Source: Candidatus Eiseniibacteriota bacterium (GTDB lineage Bacteria; Eisenbacteria; RBG-16-71-46). Taken from it: a stretch of 64,000 bases of DNA. Under the pieces are notes generated by a model. The model worked only from the letters and a program-made list of their open reading frames with translations, had not been told where the DNA came from and did not search any database. Every line of letters starts with the position of its first letter. Position 1 is the first letter of the stretch. A program made the position numbers and the translations under genes. Of the stretch, positions 21,174-32,960 are shown piece by piece. The stretch lies in the NCBI GenBank assembly GCA_963776245.1, contig CAVZLN010000003.1:224001-288000 (forward strand), given 5' to 3'.

Positions 21174-24100
21174 CGGACCCGGCACGCCCGGTCGATCAGG
21201 TGCTGCGCGCGCTGCAGGAGCGGGCGAAGGAGCTCAACTGCCTCTATCGCGTCGAGGAGCTCCTGCACGACAACGCGCACCCGCTCGAGGACGCGCTCGC
21301 GGCGGTCGCCAGCGCGCTGCCCGCGGGCTGGCAGTACCCGGCGCACTGTCAGCCGCGCATCGTCCTGCGCGACCTCGACGTGCGTCCGCCCGGGTTCGCC
21401 GAGACCCCGTGGCTCCAGCGCGCCACCATCGAGCTGCAGGGGGAACCGATCGGCTGGGTCGGGGTGTACTACGACCGCCACTTCCCCGACGCCGACGACG
21501 GACCGTTCCTCAAGGAGGAACGCCGCCTCATCGAGACCATCGCCGCGCGCATCGGCCAGGCGGTGCAGCATCGCGAGCTGGCCGAGGTGTTCGCGGCCAC
21601 CCGCGACGCCGGGCCCGAGGTCCACGAGGACTGGCGCATCGTGGTGGACCTGCTGCACCGCACCGACCAGCGCCTCTACCACCGCATCGCGCGCAAGCTG
21701 CTCAATCGGCTCTCGCGCAGCGGCGTGGAGGCCGCGCGCGACCTGCTGGCGCGACTGACCGGGGCGGTCGAGCGCGAGGCGACGCTCGAGGACGAGAACC
21801 GGCCGGTGCCCCGCACCGCGCCCGCGGACCTCGACCGCATCGCGGCCGAGACGTTCCATATCGCGAGCGAGCACCTGAGCCGCGGGGAGCTGCTGTCGGC
21901 GCTCCAGGTGTGGATCAAGGAGGACCGCGTCCGCTTCCTGCTGCTCGCGCTCGAGAGCGGCGACACTTCGCTGCCCGAGATCACCAACGCGCTCGAGCGT
22001 TTCCAGCACACCGGACTCGACGCGCACGACCTCTCGACCGCGATGCACATGGGCATCAAGGCGTCGCTCGTCCGCCGCCTGCTGAGCGACCACCTCGACT
22101 TCATCAACTCCTGCCGGCGCTGGGTCGAGATCGAGGACTTCTACGACCTCGTCGCCCACACCATCCAGCTGCCCAAGAGCCATGGGCGGCTGGGCGGCAA
22201 GACCAGCGGCCTGTTCCTGGCCTCGCGCATCCTCGCGCGCACCCCCGAGGGGGACGGCCCGCTCCATGGCATCCGGGTGCCGAAGACCTGGTACCTGCCC
22301 TCGGACGGGATCCTGGGGTTCATCGCGCACAACAATCTGGACGACGTGTACAACTGGAAGTACCAGGACCTCGACCAGGTGCGGCAGGAGTATCCGAACC
22401 TGGTCCAGCTCTTCAAGAACTCGCGCTTCCCGGCGGAGTTCGTGCAGGGGCTCTCGACCGCGCTCGACGACTTCGGCGAGCGCCCGCTCATCGTGCGCTC
22501 GTCGAGCCTGCTGGAGGACCGCGCGGGGTCGGCGTTCTCGGGCAAGTACAAGAGCCTGTTCCTGGCCAACCAGGGGACCAAGTCCGAGCGGCTCGCCGCG
22601 CTGCTCGACGCGATCGCCGAGGTGTATTCGTCGGTGTTCGGTCCCGACCCCATCCAGTACCGCGCCGAGCGCGGGCTGCTCGACCATCACGAGGAGATGG
22701 GGATCATGATCCAGGAGGTGGTCGGCGCCCGCATCGGACGCTGGTTCCTCCCGGCCTGGGCGGGGGTGGCGTTCTCGAACAACGAGCTGCGCTGGTCGCC
22801 GCGCATCCGGCGCAAGGACGGACTGCTGCGCCTGGTGCCCGGGCTCGGGACGCGCGCGGTCGACCGGCTCGCCGACGACTACCCGGTGATCGCCGCCCCC
22901 GGCCAGCCCGGGCTCCGCGTCAACGTGAGCCCGGAGGACATCGCGCGCTACTCGCCGCGCCGGATCGACGTGATCGATCTCCAGCACAACGCCTTCCAGA
23001 CGGTCGAGCGCCACGCGCTGCTGAAGGAGATCGGCCCCGACTATCCCGACCTGCGCCGGCTGGTGTCGGTGGTCGAGCACGACATGATCCGCAGCCCGGT
23101 GGGGATGGAGCTCGACTTCCAGCGCGACCAGCTCGTGTTCACGTTCGACGGCCTGCTCGGCGACGCCACCTTCATCGAACGCATGCGCGCGCTGCTCGCG
23201 GTGCTCGAGCAGGCGCTCGGCGGCCCGGTCGACCTCGAGTTCGCCAGCGACGGGCGCGACCTGTACCTGCTCCAGTGCCGTCCCCAGAGCCATTCGCCCG
23301 ATTCCGCCCCGGCGCCGATCCCGCGCGACATCCCGCGCGAGCGCCTGCTGTTCTCGGCCAACCGCTCGATCTCGAACGGCGCGGTGCCCGAACTCACCCA
23401 CGTGGTGTACGTCGATCCCGACGCGTACGGCCGGATCGGCGATCTCAACACCATGCGCGCCGTGGGGCGCGTCATCGGACGCCTCAACAAGGTCCTGCCG
23501 AAGCGCCAGTTCGTGCTGATGGGGCCCGGGCGCTGGGGGAGCCGCGGCGACATCCGGCTGGGGGTCAGCGTCACCTACTCCGACATCAACAACACCGCCG
23601 TGCTGATCGAGATCGCGCGGCGCCGCGGCCAGTACCTGCCGGACCTCTCGTTCGGCACCCACTTCTTCCAGGACCTGGTCGAGTCCGGCATCCGCTACCT
23701 GCCGCTCTACCCCGACGACGAGGGGGTGGCGTTCAACGAGGCGTTCTTCCGGCACGCCGACAACATCCTGCCCCGCCTGCTGCCCGAGTTCGCGGAACTG
23801 GCGGACGTGGTGCGGGTGATCGACGTGCCGGCCGCCGCCGACGGCCGGGTGCTGCGGATCCTGCTCAACGCCGAGCTCGACGAGGCGGTGGGCGTGCTCA
23901 CCGAGCCGGGGCCGGCGGCGACCGCCGCCCGGCCGCTGCCCGTCCCGGCGGCGCGGTCGAGCGAGGACCATTCCCGGTGGCGCCTCGCGATGGCCCAGCG
24001 GATCGCCGCCGAGCTCGACCCCGCGCGCTTCGGCGTGCGCGCCCTGTACGTGTTCGGGAGCACCAAGAACTTCACCGCCGGCCCCGGGAGCGACCTCGAC

Positions 24101-24340
24101 GTGCTGGTGCATTTCGTCGGTACGCCGGAGCAGAGCGACGAGCTCCAGCTGTGGCTCGAGGGCTGGAGCCTGTGCCTCGCGGAGATGAACTTCCTGCGCA
24201 CCGGATATCGCTCGGAGGGGCTGCTCGACGTGCACTTCGTGACCGACGTGGACCTCGAGCGCCAGACCAGCTACGCGGTCAAGATCGGCGCGGTCACGGA
24301 CGCCGCCCGTCCGCTCCCGCTGGGGGTCCGCGGGCTCTGA
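21170..24340 (+). CDS. Multidomain protein: N-terminal sensor-like segment, PPDK-type ATP-grasp, C-terminal nucleotidyltransferase (1056 aa)
   Basis: ATGA overlap with the upstream gene; LQERAKELNCLY; LGGKTSGL, VRSSSLLED, DLEFA, LLQCRP, SFGTHFFQDL; YVFGSTKNFTAGPGSDLDVLV (GS...DxD). Confidence 0.85.
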
Positions 24341-24341
24341 C

Positions 24342-25205
24342 TCAGCCGGTCGAGAGCAGTTCGCGCGTCGCGGACTCGGGACGTGCGGGGTCGAAGCGGA
24401 CCAGCGCGAGCTCCGGGCCGTCGTGAGCGGCCGAGAGGCAGTGCGTGAGTCCGATCCGATCGCGCCAGCTCCCGGTGATGCGCGCGGACTCGTGCACGTG
24501 GCCGTGGAGCGTGACGCACGGCTGGCGTTCCTCGATGAAGCGCCGGATGGCGATGCTGCCGACGTGCACGTCGAGCGGCGCGTGCTCCACGCTGCGCCCG
24601 TCGAGCGCGGCGCGGTCGAGGGCAGTCTGATAGGGCGGGGCGTGGAACAGGCACACGGCGCGCGCCAGGTCCTCGGTGCCGGTCATCGCCGCGAGGTCCT
24701 TCGCGATGGTGCCGTGGCGGCACTCCTGCTCGTCGAACGGCACCGAGTGACTGCCCTCGTCCGGTGGCGTGCAGCCCGGGTCCACGAAGCGTGAGACGTC
24801 GTAGCGCTCCCAGTCCTTGAGGCGATAGGGCGTGGGCGGCACGCAGGAGTAGCCGAACACGGTGAAGCGACCGAATCCCGTGCGCCGGCCGTGCAGGTAT
24901 TCCCAGGCGGGCCCGGCCGCCGCCGAACGGACCGTGGACTCCTCGACCCGCAGGTCGTCGTTGCCGAGGATGAGGAACACGCGTGGCGTGAGCGCGCCGA
25001 GCCGCTCGCGCAATTCCGTGAAGCCGGCCGCGACCACCTCGCGCAGGAACCTCCCGGGCGCCGCCCCCACGCCCGCCCACGAGGACGGCATGAGGTCGCC
25101 GCCGAGGAACACCGCGGTCGGCGCCTCCTCGCGCAGCACGGCGAAGAGACGCTGCCAGCGACCGGTGTCGCCGTGGAGATCCGAGACGAAATGGCAGGGC
25201 GGCAT
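24342..25205 (-). CDS. Calcineurin-like metallophosphoesterase (Icc-related)
   Basis: SDLHG, GGDL, LGNDD, FHAPP, LHGHVHE. Confidence 0.9.
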   Translation of the reverse strand: MPPCHFVSDLHGDTGRWQRLFAVLREEAPTAVFLGGDLMPSSWAGVGAAPGRFLREVVAAGFTELRERLGALTPRVFLILGNDDLRVEESTVRSAAAGPAWEYLHGRRTGFGRFTVFGYSCVPPTPYRLKDWERYDVSRFVDPGCTPPDEGSHSVPFDEQECRHGTIAKDLAAMTGTEDLARAVCLFHAPPYQTALDRAALDGRSVEHAPLDVHVGSIAIRRFIEERQPCVTLHGHVHESARITGSWRDRIGLTHCLSAAHDGPELALVRFDPARPESATRELLSTG

Positions 25206-25308
25206 GGGACGATCCTCGTCGGCAGGATAACCCCGGTCGCCCGCGCGACGCCTCCCCCGCCGCCCTTGCGGTGGCAGTGGAACGGACCTTGGCCTATCCT
25301 GCCCGGCC

Positions 25309-26885
25309 ATGCTGACTCGAGCGATGCGTCTCGCGCTGTGGACGCTTTCCGTGATGACGGCGCTGCTGTTCGTGGGCCTCGCGTTCCTGCGCATCCGCTA
25401 TCCGCTGGAGCTCGACTACATCGAGGGCGCGATGATGGACCACATCGTCCGCCTCGCGCAGGGCCGCCCGATCTACGTCGCCCCGACGCCTCGAGTTCGT
25501 CACGCTCGCCTACATGCCGTTCTACGCCACGGTGGTGTCGCTGCTGGCGCGCGTGTTCGGCCCGGGATTCTGGGAGCCGCGCCTGATCTCGTTCCTGTCC
25601 ATGTCGGGGGTCGCGACGCTGGTGGCCTCGCTGGTGCGCGCCGAGACCCGGTCCTGGACCCTCGGCGCGGCGGGGGCCGGGGTGCTGCTGATGTCCTTCG
25701 GCATCACCGGCGGGCACTTCGACGTCGGACGCCCCGACTCGTTCATGCTGCTGCTCTCGCTCTCCGGGCTCGCGGTGCTGCGGCACACCATCCGGGGTGC
25801 GCGGGGCGCTGGTCGCGGCCGCGCTGCTGACCGCCGGGTTCTTCACCAAGCAGCACTCGGTGTGGTTCTCGATCGCGGCGCTCGCTCATCTGGCGGTGAA
25901 CGACCGGCGCCGGCTGGCGCCCTTCGGGCTGGCCATCGTGGCCGGGTGCGCGGGCGGCTTCGCGCTGCTCACCGCGTGGCTCGGACCGTGGTTCCCGTAC
26001 TTCACGTGGGAGGTGCCGACCCACTGGTCCTCGATCGACAAGGTGCGCATCCTGCGCTACGCGGGCGGCGGACTGCTCGGCTCGTTCTCGCTCGTGAGCG
26101 TGCCCGCGTTCCTGTCCCTCGGGCTGCCCGACCGCCCGTGGCGCGGCCCGGCGGGGTTGTGGGCGTGGGCCGGGCTCGCCGGGATCGCCTCCGGCCTGAT
26201 GGCCACGCTCGACCCCGACGCGTTCCGCCACGTGCTGAATCCCACCGTGGTGGCGTTCTCGATCCTCGGCCCGCTGTCGCTCTGGCGGCTCGGCCGCGCG
26301 ATCGATCCGCCGTCGGCGGGCCGCGCGGGCGGCGCGCTCGCGGCCGTCTACCTGGTGCTGATGCTCGAGTGGGTGCCGCTCCAGTACACCGTGCGCGCCC
26401 ACCTGCCCCACCCGCGCGCCCACGCGGCGCTCGCCGAGCTGACGCAGCGCATCCGCTCCTACCCGGGGCGGGTGATGATGTTCTACCACGGCTGGTACAC
26501 GTGGCGGGCGGGCAAGGGCACGTTCGCCCAGCAGGTCGCGCTCGACGACATCGTCCGCGCGCGCCACAACGCGCTGCTGCGCCGCGACCCCGGCTTCATC
26601 GACCGCCTGTTCGCGCCGCTGATGAGCGGCCCGGACCGCCCGGTCATCATCACCGACGTGCCGCTCGAGAAGACCGGCATCGAGTCCCAGCCCTGGTGGG
26701 CGCAGGTCGCGAAGGGCTACCGGCTCGCCGATTCGCTCGGCGCGATCTCCGCCGCGCTGAATCCGGTCGACGGATTCCATTGGACCCCGAAGTACGTCTA
26801 CCTGCCGGTCGAGCCGGCCAGCGCCCCGGCGGACACGGGCGCGGCGCCGGGCGCGGGCCCCGGCGGGGACCGACCGCAGGACTGA
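25309..26885 (+). CDS. GT-C (ArnT/PMT-like) membrane glycosyltransferase candidate (frameshifts near 25490 and 25795)
   Basis: YPLELDYIEG, YMPFY, RLISF, DVGRPD, FFTKQ motifs with many TM segments across three frames. Confidence 0.6.
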
Positions 26886-26917
26886 GCGCGCCGCGGCGGC
26901 GACCCCGGCCGTCCGCC

Positions 26918-26950
26918 CGCGGCTCCGGGTTGCCGCGACCCGGAGCCGCG
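26918..26950. promoter_or_regulatory. 13-bp perfect inverted repeat upstream of DUF47-pit (operator or terminator hairpin)
   Basis: cgcggctccgggt-N7-acccggagccgcg; overlaps a TTGCCG -35-like hexamer. Confidence 0.4.
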
Positions 26951-27011
26951 TGCTATCCATCGTCCGCCCACCATCGGCCAGCCCACCCCGACGCACGAGG
27001 GAGCGATACGC

Positions 27012-27629
27012 ATGTTCTCGATCTTCCCCAAGACGGAGGACTTCTTCGCGCTGTTCCGCAAGCAGGCCGCACTGGTGAGGAAGGGCTGCGACCACCTGCA
27101 CGAGATGGTGGAGCACTATGATGAGCGCGACGAGCGCGCCCGCGGGATCAAGCAGATCGAGCACGAGGGCGACCTCGTCACCCACGAGATCTTCGAGCGC
27201 CTGAACCGCACCTTCATCACGCCGCTCGAGCGCGAGGACATCCACGACCTGGCGAGCGGGCTCGACGACGTGCTCGACGCGGTCGAGGCGCTCGCCAGCC
27301 GCTTCGTGCTCTACAGCATCGACCGGGTGACGCCCGAGGCCGCCCAGATGACCGTCATCCTGCAGCGCTGCGGCGTGCAGATCGAGCAGGCGGTGAACAA
27401 CCTCCAGGACCTCAAGAACCTGATGGGCTTCACCATCGAGATCAACCGGCTCGAGAACGAGGCCGACAACATCTCGCGCAACGTGGTCGCCGACCTGTTC
27501 GTGACCGGCAAGCACGACCTGCTCGACGTGATGCGCTGGAAGGAGCTCTACGGCCGCCTCGAGGGGGCCGCGGACCGCTGCGAGGACGTGGCCAACACGA
27601 TCGAGGCGATCGTGCTCAAGAACCGCTGA
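27012..27629 (+). CDS. DUF47 (PhoU-like) phosphate transport regulator
   Basis: IEHEGD, TFITPLEREDI, LENEAD, DRCEDVA; adjacent to pit. Confidence 0.93.
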   Translation: MFSIFPKTEDFFALFRKQAALVRKGCDHLHEMVEHYDERDERARGIKQIEHEGDLVTHEIFERLNRTFITPLEREDIHDLASGLDDVLDAVEALASRFVLYSIDRVTPEAAQMTVILQRCGVQIEQAVNNLQDLKNLMGFTIEINRLENEADNISRNVVADLFVTGKHDLLDVMRWKELYGRLEGAADRCEDVANTIEAIVLKNR

Positions 27630-27631
27630 CC

Positions 27632-28639
27632 ATGTCCGAGCTCTGGCTCATCGGTTTCATCGTCGCCATCGCGCTGATCTTCGACTTCAGCAACGGCTTC
27701 CACGACGCGGCGAACTCCATCGCCACGGTGGTGAGCACGCGGGTGCTGTCGCCCCGCCAGGCGGTGGCGTGGGCCGCGTTCTTCAACTTCATCGCGTTCG
27801 CCGTGTTCGGCGTGCACGTCGCGAAGACCATCGCCAAGGGCATCGTGAATCCCACCTTCGTGACTCCGCAGGTGGTGCTCGCCGCGCTCGTGGGCGCGGT
27901 CGTCTGGAACCTGCTCACGTGGTGGTGGGGGCTGCCGACCTCGTCCTCGCACGCGCTCATCGGCGGGTTCGTGGGCGCCGCCCTGGTCTCGGCCGGACCG
28001 CGCGCCGTGCTGCTTCCGGGCCTCCTGCGCGTGGCGGCGTTCATCGTGGTCTCGCCGGTGCTCGGCCTGGTGCTCGGGTTCCTGTCGATGCTCGGGGTGC
28101 TGTGGATCTTCCGCCACGACAACCCGCAACACGTGGACACCACCTTCCGGCGGCTGCAGTTGGCGTCCGCCGCCGCGTTCAGCCTCGGACACGGTTCCAA
28201 CGACGCACAGAAGACCATGGGCATCATCACGGCGCTGCTCTATGCGACCGGACGACTGACCGGCGACTTCCACGTCCCCATGTGGGTGGTGCTCGCAGCG
28301 CACGGTGCGATGGGACTGGGCACGCTCTCGGGCGGCTGGCGCATCGTCCGCACCATGGGGATGCGCATCACCAAGCTCCAGCCGGTGGGTGGCTTCTGCG
28401 CCGAGACCGCCGGCGCGATCGCGCTGTTCGGCGCCAGCGCGGCCGGCATCCCGGTCTCCACCACCCACACCATCACCGGGGCCATCGTGGGCACGGGGGT
28501 GAGCGCCAAGCGCCGCATGAGCGCGGTCCGCTGGGGGGTGGCGGGCCGGATCGTGTGGGCGTGGATCCTCACCATGCCGCTCGCCGGCATCATCGCCGCG
28601 CTGTCCTGGTGGGCCCTTCACCCGCTGTTCCGCGGCTGA
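27632..28639 (+). CDS. pit: Inorganic phosphate transporter (PiT family)
   Basis: NGFHDAANSIAT, GLPTSSSHALIGG, HGSNDAQKTMG, PVSTTH. Confidence 0.95.
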   Translation: MSELWLIGFIVAIALIFDFSNGFHDAANSIATVVSTRVLSPRQAVAWAAFFNFIAFAVFGVHVAKTIAKGIVNPTFVTPQVVLAALVGAVVWNLLTWWWGLPTSSSHALIGGFVGAALVSAGPRAVLLPGLLRVAAFIVVSPVLGLVLGFLSMLGVLWIFRHDNPQHVDTTFRRLQLASAAAFSLGHGSNDAQKTMGIITALLYATGRLTGDFHVPMWVVLAAHGAMGLGTLSGGWRIVRTMGMRITKLQPVGGFCAETAGAIALFGASAAGIPVSTTHTITGAIVGTGVSAKRRMSAVRWGVAGRIVWAWILTMPLAGIIAALSWWALHPLFRG

Positions 28640-28667
28640 CCCCGCTCGAACTTCCCCGGAGGCCCGG

Positions 28668-30206
28668 ATGATGTCCTCGCTCGACCCGCTCAAGGCGCGG
28701 CTGCTGGAGATCGTCGACCTGCAGGGCGCGGCGTCGCTGCTGCGCTGGGACCAGGCCACGTACATGCCCCCGGGCGGCGCGGCGGCACGCGGACGGCAGA
28801 CCGCGCTGCTCAGCCGCATCGCGCACGAGCGCTTCACCGATCCCGAGCTCGGCCGGCTGCTCGACGCGGCCGAGCGCGACGTGGCCGGGCTGCCGTTCGA
28901 GTCGGACGAGGCCGCGCTGGTGCGCGTGACGCGCCGGGACCGCGATCTGGCGGTGAAGCTGCCGTCCGCGTTCGTCGCGGAGCTCGACGAGCACTGTGCC
29001 CACACCTACCAGGTGTGGACCGCGGCCCGGCCGGCGGACGACTTCGCGCGGGTGCGGCCGCTGCTCGAGAAGACCCTCGAGCTGTCGCGCCGGATGGCCG
29101 GTTTCTTCCCCGGCTACCGCAGCATCGCCGACCCGCTGATCGCGTTCACCGACCGCGGCATGGAGGCCGCCACGGTGCGCGAGCTGTTCGCCGCGCTGCG
29201 CGCGCGGCTGGTGCCGCTGGTGCGCGCCATCACCGCGCGGCCGGCGGCCGACAGCGCGTGCCTGCGCCAGCACGCGCCCGAGGCCGACCAGCTCGCCTTC
29301 GGGCTCGAGGTCATCCGCCGCTACGGATTCGACTTCGAGCGCGGGCGGCAGGACAAGACCCACCACCCGTTCATGACCAAGTTCTCGCTCGGCGACGTGC
29401 GCATCACCACGCGCGTGCGCGAGGACGACCTCACCGACGCGCTGTTCAGCACGCTCCACGAGTGCGGACACGCGCTCTACGAGCAGGGCATCGAGCCCGC
29501 GTTCGAGGGCACGCCGCTCGCGAACGGCACCTCGTCCGGCGTGCACGAGAGCCAGTCGCGGCTGTGGGAGAACGTCGTGGGCCGCAGCCTCGGCTTCTGG
29601 CGCGGCATGTACCCCGCGCTCCAGCGCGCGTTCCCGTCCCAGCTCGGCCCCGTGCCGCTCGAGAGCTTCTACCGCGCCATCAACAAGGTCGAGCGTTCGC
29701 TCATCCGCACCGACGCCGACGAGGTGACCTACAACCTGCACGTGATGCTGCGCTTCGATCTCGAGCTCGACCTGCTCGAGGGGCGGCTCGCGGTGAAGGA
29801 CCTGCCGGAGGCGTGGCGCGCGCGGTTCCAGGCCGACTTCGGCATCCGGCCCCCCAACGACCGCGATGGCGCGCTGCAGGACGTGCACTGGTTCGCGGGG
29901 CCGATCGGCGGGCAGTTCCAGGGCTACACGCTCGGCAACATCCTGTCGGCGCAGTTCCACGCCGCCGCCGTGCGCGCGCTGCCCGGGATCCCCGCGGACA
30001 TCGAGCGCGGCGAGTTCGGCGCGCTCCACGGCTGGCTGCGCGAGCACGTCTATCGCCACGGCGCCCGCTTCACCGCCGACGAGTTGGTGCGCCGCGCCAC
30101 CGGCGGTCCGATGAGCATCGAGCCCTACCTCGACTACCTGTGGGGCAAGTACCAGCCGCTCTACGGGCTGCGCGACGACGAGCGCTCGGCGCCCGCGGCC
30201 GGCTGA
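28668..30206 (+). CDS. Carboxypeptidase M32
   Basis: HPF, DVRITTR, HECGHALYEQ (HEXXH), HESQSR, IRTDADE, LQDVHW. Confidence 0.95.
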   Translation: MMSSLDPLKARLLEIVDLQGAASLLRWDQATYMPPGGAAARGRQTALLSRIAHERFTDPELGRLLDAAERDVAGLPFESDEAALVRVTRRDRDLAVKLPSAFVAELDEHCAHTYQVWTAARPADDFARVRPLLEKTLELSRRMAGFFPGYRSIADPLIAFTDRGMEAATVRELFAALRARLVPLVRAITARPAADSACLRQHAPEADQLAFGLEVIRRYGFDFERGRQDKTHHPFMTKFSLGDVRITTRVREDDLTDALFSTLHECGHALYEQGIEPAFEGTPLANGTSSGVHESQSRLWENVVGRSLGFWRGMYPALQRAFPSQLGPVPLESFYRAINKVERSLIRTDADEVTYNLHVMLRFDLELDLLEGRLAVKDLPEAWRARFQADFGIRPPNDRDGALQDVHWFAGPIGGQFQGYTLGNILSAQFHAAAVRALPGIPADIERGEFGALHGWLREHVYRHGARFTADELVRRATGGPMSIEPYLDYLWGKYQPLYGLRDDERSAPAAG

Positions 30207-30306
30207 GCGCGCCCGCGCGCCGGTCCGGGCGCCAGGGCCGGGGCGATTCGTCGGCGCGCGCGCGCTGCGCTAGACTTGCGGGCGCTGATCCCACCCGGAG
30301 GCACTC

Positions 30307-31527
30307 ATGTCCGACCCGTCCCGGCTCTCCCGGCGCGCCCGGCAGATGCCGGCCTCACCCATCCGCCGACTGGCGCCCTTCGCCGTCGCGGCCCGCCAGG
30401 CGGGCAAGACCGTCTACCCGCTCAACATCGGCCAGCCCGACATCCCCACGCCGAAGGCCATCCTCGACCGCATCCGCGCCTTCGACGCGCCCAACGTCGC
30501 CTACGGCCCCTCGCAGGGACTGCCCGAGTTCGTCGAGGCGCTGCGCACCTATTACGCCGGCGTCGGGCTCGCGCTCGAGGCCCGCCAGATTTTCGTCACC
30601 ACCGCCGGCAGCGAGGCCATCCTGTTCACCCTCGGCGCGGTGTGCGACCCCGGCGAGCAGGTGCTGGTGTTCGAGCCGTTCTACACCAACTACAACGGTT
30701 TCGCCGCGATGATGGGAGTGGAGCTGGTGCCGGTCACCACCCGCGCCGAGGATGGCTACCATCTGCCGTCGCGCGCGGCCATCGAGGCCAAGCTCGGCCC
30801 GCGCGTGAAGGCGATGCTCATCTGCTCGCCCAACAACCCGACCGGCACGGTGTACACCGACGCCGAGATCGAGATGCTGGCGTCCATCTGCCGCCAGCGC
30901 GGGATCCATCTGATCGCGGACGAGGTCTACCGCGAGTTCGTGTACGACGGCCGCACCCACCGCTCGGTGCTCACGCTGCCCGGGATGGACGACCTGGTGG
31001 TGGTGGTGGACTCGGTTTCGAAGCGCTACTCGCTGTGCGGCGTGCGGGTGGGCAACATCGTCAGCCGCGACCCCGCGCTGATGGACGCGGTCCTGCGCTT
31101 CGGGCAGGCCCGCCTGTGTCCGCCCACGCTCGGCCAGTGGGCGTGCACCGCGCTCACCGAGGTGCCGCCCGACTACCTGCGCGGCGTGCTCACCGAGTAC
31201 CAGAAGCGCCGGGACGCGGTGTGCGACGCCCTCGCGAAGGTGCCGGGCGTGTTCGTGCGCAAGCCGGAGGGCGCGTTCTACATCTGCGCGCGCCTGCCGG
31301 TGGACGACTCGAACGCCTTCGCCGAGTACCTGCTGCGCGACTTCGCGCTCGACGGCGAGACCGTGATGCTCGCTCCCGCCGACGGCTTCTACGCCACGCC
31401 CGGCCTCGGGCGTGACGAGGTGCGCATCGCGTACGTGCTCGAGGAGCCCAAGCTGCGCCGCGCGATGGCGGTGCTCGCCGCGGCACTCGCGGCGTACCCG
31501 GGGCGAGTCGCGACCGCGAAGGCGTAG
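30307..31527 (+). CDS. PLP-dependent aminotransferase class I/II (aspartate aminotransferase-like)
   Basis: LNIGQPD, SPNNPTG, ADEVY, DSVSKRYSLCGVRVG, PEGAFY. Confidence 0.93.
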   Translation: MSDPSRLSRRARQMPASPIRRLAPFAVAARQAGKTVYPLNIGQPDIPTPKAILDRIRAFDAPNVAYGPSQGLPEFVEALRTYYAGVGLALEARQIFVTTAGSEAILFTLGAVCDPGEQVLVFEPFYTNYNGFAAMMGVELVPVTTRAEDGYHLPSRAAIEAKLGPRVKAMLICSPNNPTGTVYTDAEIEMLASICRQRGIHLIADEVYREFVYDGRTHRSVLTLPGMDDLVVVVDSVSKRYSLCGVRVGNIVSRDPALMDAVLRFGQARLCPPTLGQWACTALTEVPPDYLRGVLTEYQKRRDAVCDALAKVPGVFVRKPEGAFYICARLPVDDSNAFAEYLLRDFALDGETVMLAPADGFYATPGLGRDEVRIAYVLEEPKLRRAMAVLAAALAAYPGRVATAKA

Positions 31528-31580
31528 ACCCGCTCCGCGCGGCGTGCGGCGGAGCGCGGCGCATTGGTGCCTCGCGGGCG

Positions 31581-32945
31581 ATGCCGTACCCTGCGCGACC
31601 CATGCCCGCCGACGATCGTTCCCCCGTCACCACGCGCACCGTGTTCGCCACCTGGTGGCCGCTGGCGGCGTCGTGGCTCCTCATGGGGCTCGAGCTGCCG
31701 ATGGTGAGCGCCGTGATCGCGCGCCTGCCCGACCCCAAGGTGCATCTCGCCGCCTACGGGGGCGTGGTGTTCCCGGTGGCGCTGCTGATCGAGTCGCCGG
31801 TCATCATGCTGCTGTCCGCGTCCACCGCGCTGTCCCGCGACGCCGCGTCCTACCGGCTGGTGCGCCGCTTCATGCTCGGGCTCGGCGGCACGTTCGTGGC
31901 CCTGCACGCGCTGGTGGCGTTCTCCCCGCTCTACGACCTGCTGGCGGGCACCGTGCTCGGCGTGCCCGAGGAGGTGCGCGAGCCGGCGCGGCTCGGCCTG
32001 CGGATCATGACGCCGTGGACGCTCTCGATCGCCTACCGGCGCTGCCAGCAGGGCGTGCTCATCCGCTTCGGAGGCGCGCGCGCCGTGGGCGTCGGCACCG
32101 CCGTGCGGCTGGGCGCCAACGCGGCGGTGCTCGCGATCGGCGCGGCGCTCGGCACGTTGCCCGGCATCGCGGTCGGCACCTCCGCAGTCGCGGTCGGCGT
32201 GGTCGCCGAGGCCATCTACGCCGGTTTCGCGGTGCGCCCGGTGCTGCGCGGCCCGCTGCGCCAGGCGCCCGCCGTGACCCCCGCGCTCACGCCCGCCGCG
32301 TTCCTGCGCTTCTACCTGCCGCTCATGGTCACGCCGCTGTTCGCGTTCCTCTCCATGCCGCTCTCGGCCGCCGCCATGAGCCGCATGCCGCTGGCGCTCG
32401 AGTCGCTCGCCGCCTCGCCCGCGGTGAACGGGCTGGTGTTCGCGCTGCGCAGCACGGGGTTCGCGCTCAATGAGGTGGTGGTGGCGCTGCTCGACCGGCC
32501 GCACGCGCTCGCCGCGCTGCGCCGCTTCACCTGGGGGCTCGCGGCCGTGGTCTCGGGGCTGCTCCTGAGCCTCGCGGCCAGCCCGCTCGGCCACCTGTGG
32601 CTCGCGCATGTCGCCGCGCTGCCGCCCGAGCTGGTCGGGATGGCGCACGTCGCACTCTGGCTGTCGCTCCTGCTCCCCGGCCTCAGCGCGCCGCAGAGCC
32701 TCTTCCAGGGCGCCATCGTGCACAGCCGCGCGACCCGCGCGGTGACCGAGTCGGTGCTGGTGTTCATCGCCGTGGTGTGCGCGGCGCTGGCCACCGGGGT
32801 GGCGCTCCAGCGCGGCGCCGGGCTGTGGACCGCGAGCGTGGCCTCGGTGGCGGGCTACGCCGCGCAGGTGGGCTGGCTGTGGTGGCGGTCGCGCGGCACG
32901 CTGCGCGCGCTCACCGCCGCGGATCGCGCGACCTCGCCCGCCTGA
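31581..32945 (+). CDS. MOP-superfamily (MATE/ANKH-like) membrane exporter
   Basis: About 12 TM segments in two repeats (WWPLAASWLLM... / FYLPLMVTPLF...); start may be the ATG at 31602. Confidence 0.65.
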   Translation: MPYPARPMPADDRSPVTTRTVFATWWPLAASWLLMGLELPMVSAVIARLPDPKVHLAAYGGVVFPVALLIESPVIMLLSASTALSRDAASYRLVRRFMLGLGGTFVALHALVAFSPLYDLLAGTVLGVPEEVREPARLGLRIMTPWTLSIAYRRCQQGVLIRFGGARAVGVGTAVRLGANAAVLAIGAALGTLPGIAVGTSAVAVGVVAEAIYAGFAVRPVLRGPLRQAPAVTPALTPAAFLRFYLPLMVTPLFAFLSMPLSAAAMSRMPLALESLAASPAVNGLVFALRSTGFALNEVVVALLDRPHALAALRRFTWGLAAVVSGLLLSLAASPLGHLWLAHVAALPPELVGMAHVALWLSLLLPGLSAPQSLFQGAIVHSRATRAVTESVLVFIAVVCAALATGVALQRGAGLWTASVASVAGYAAQVGWLWWRSRGTLRALTAADRATSPA

Positions 32946-32960
32946 GCGGGCCCGCGATCC

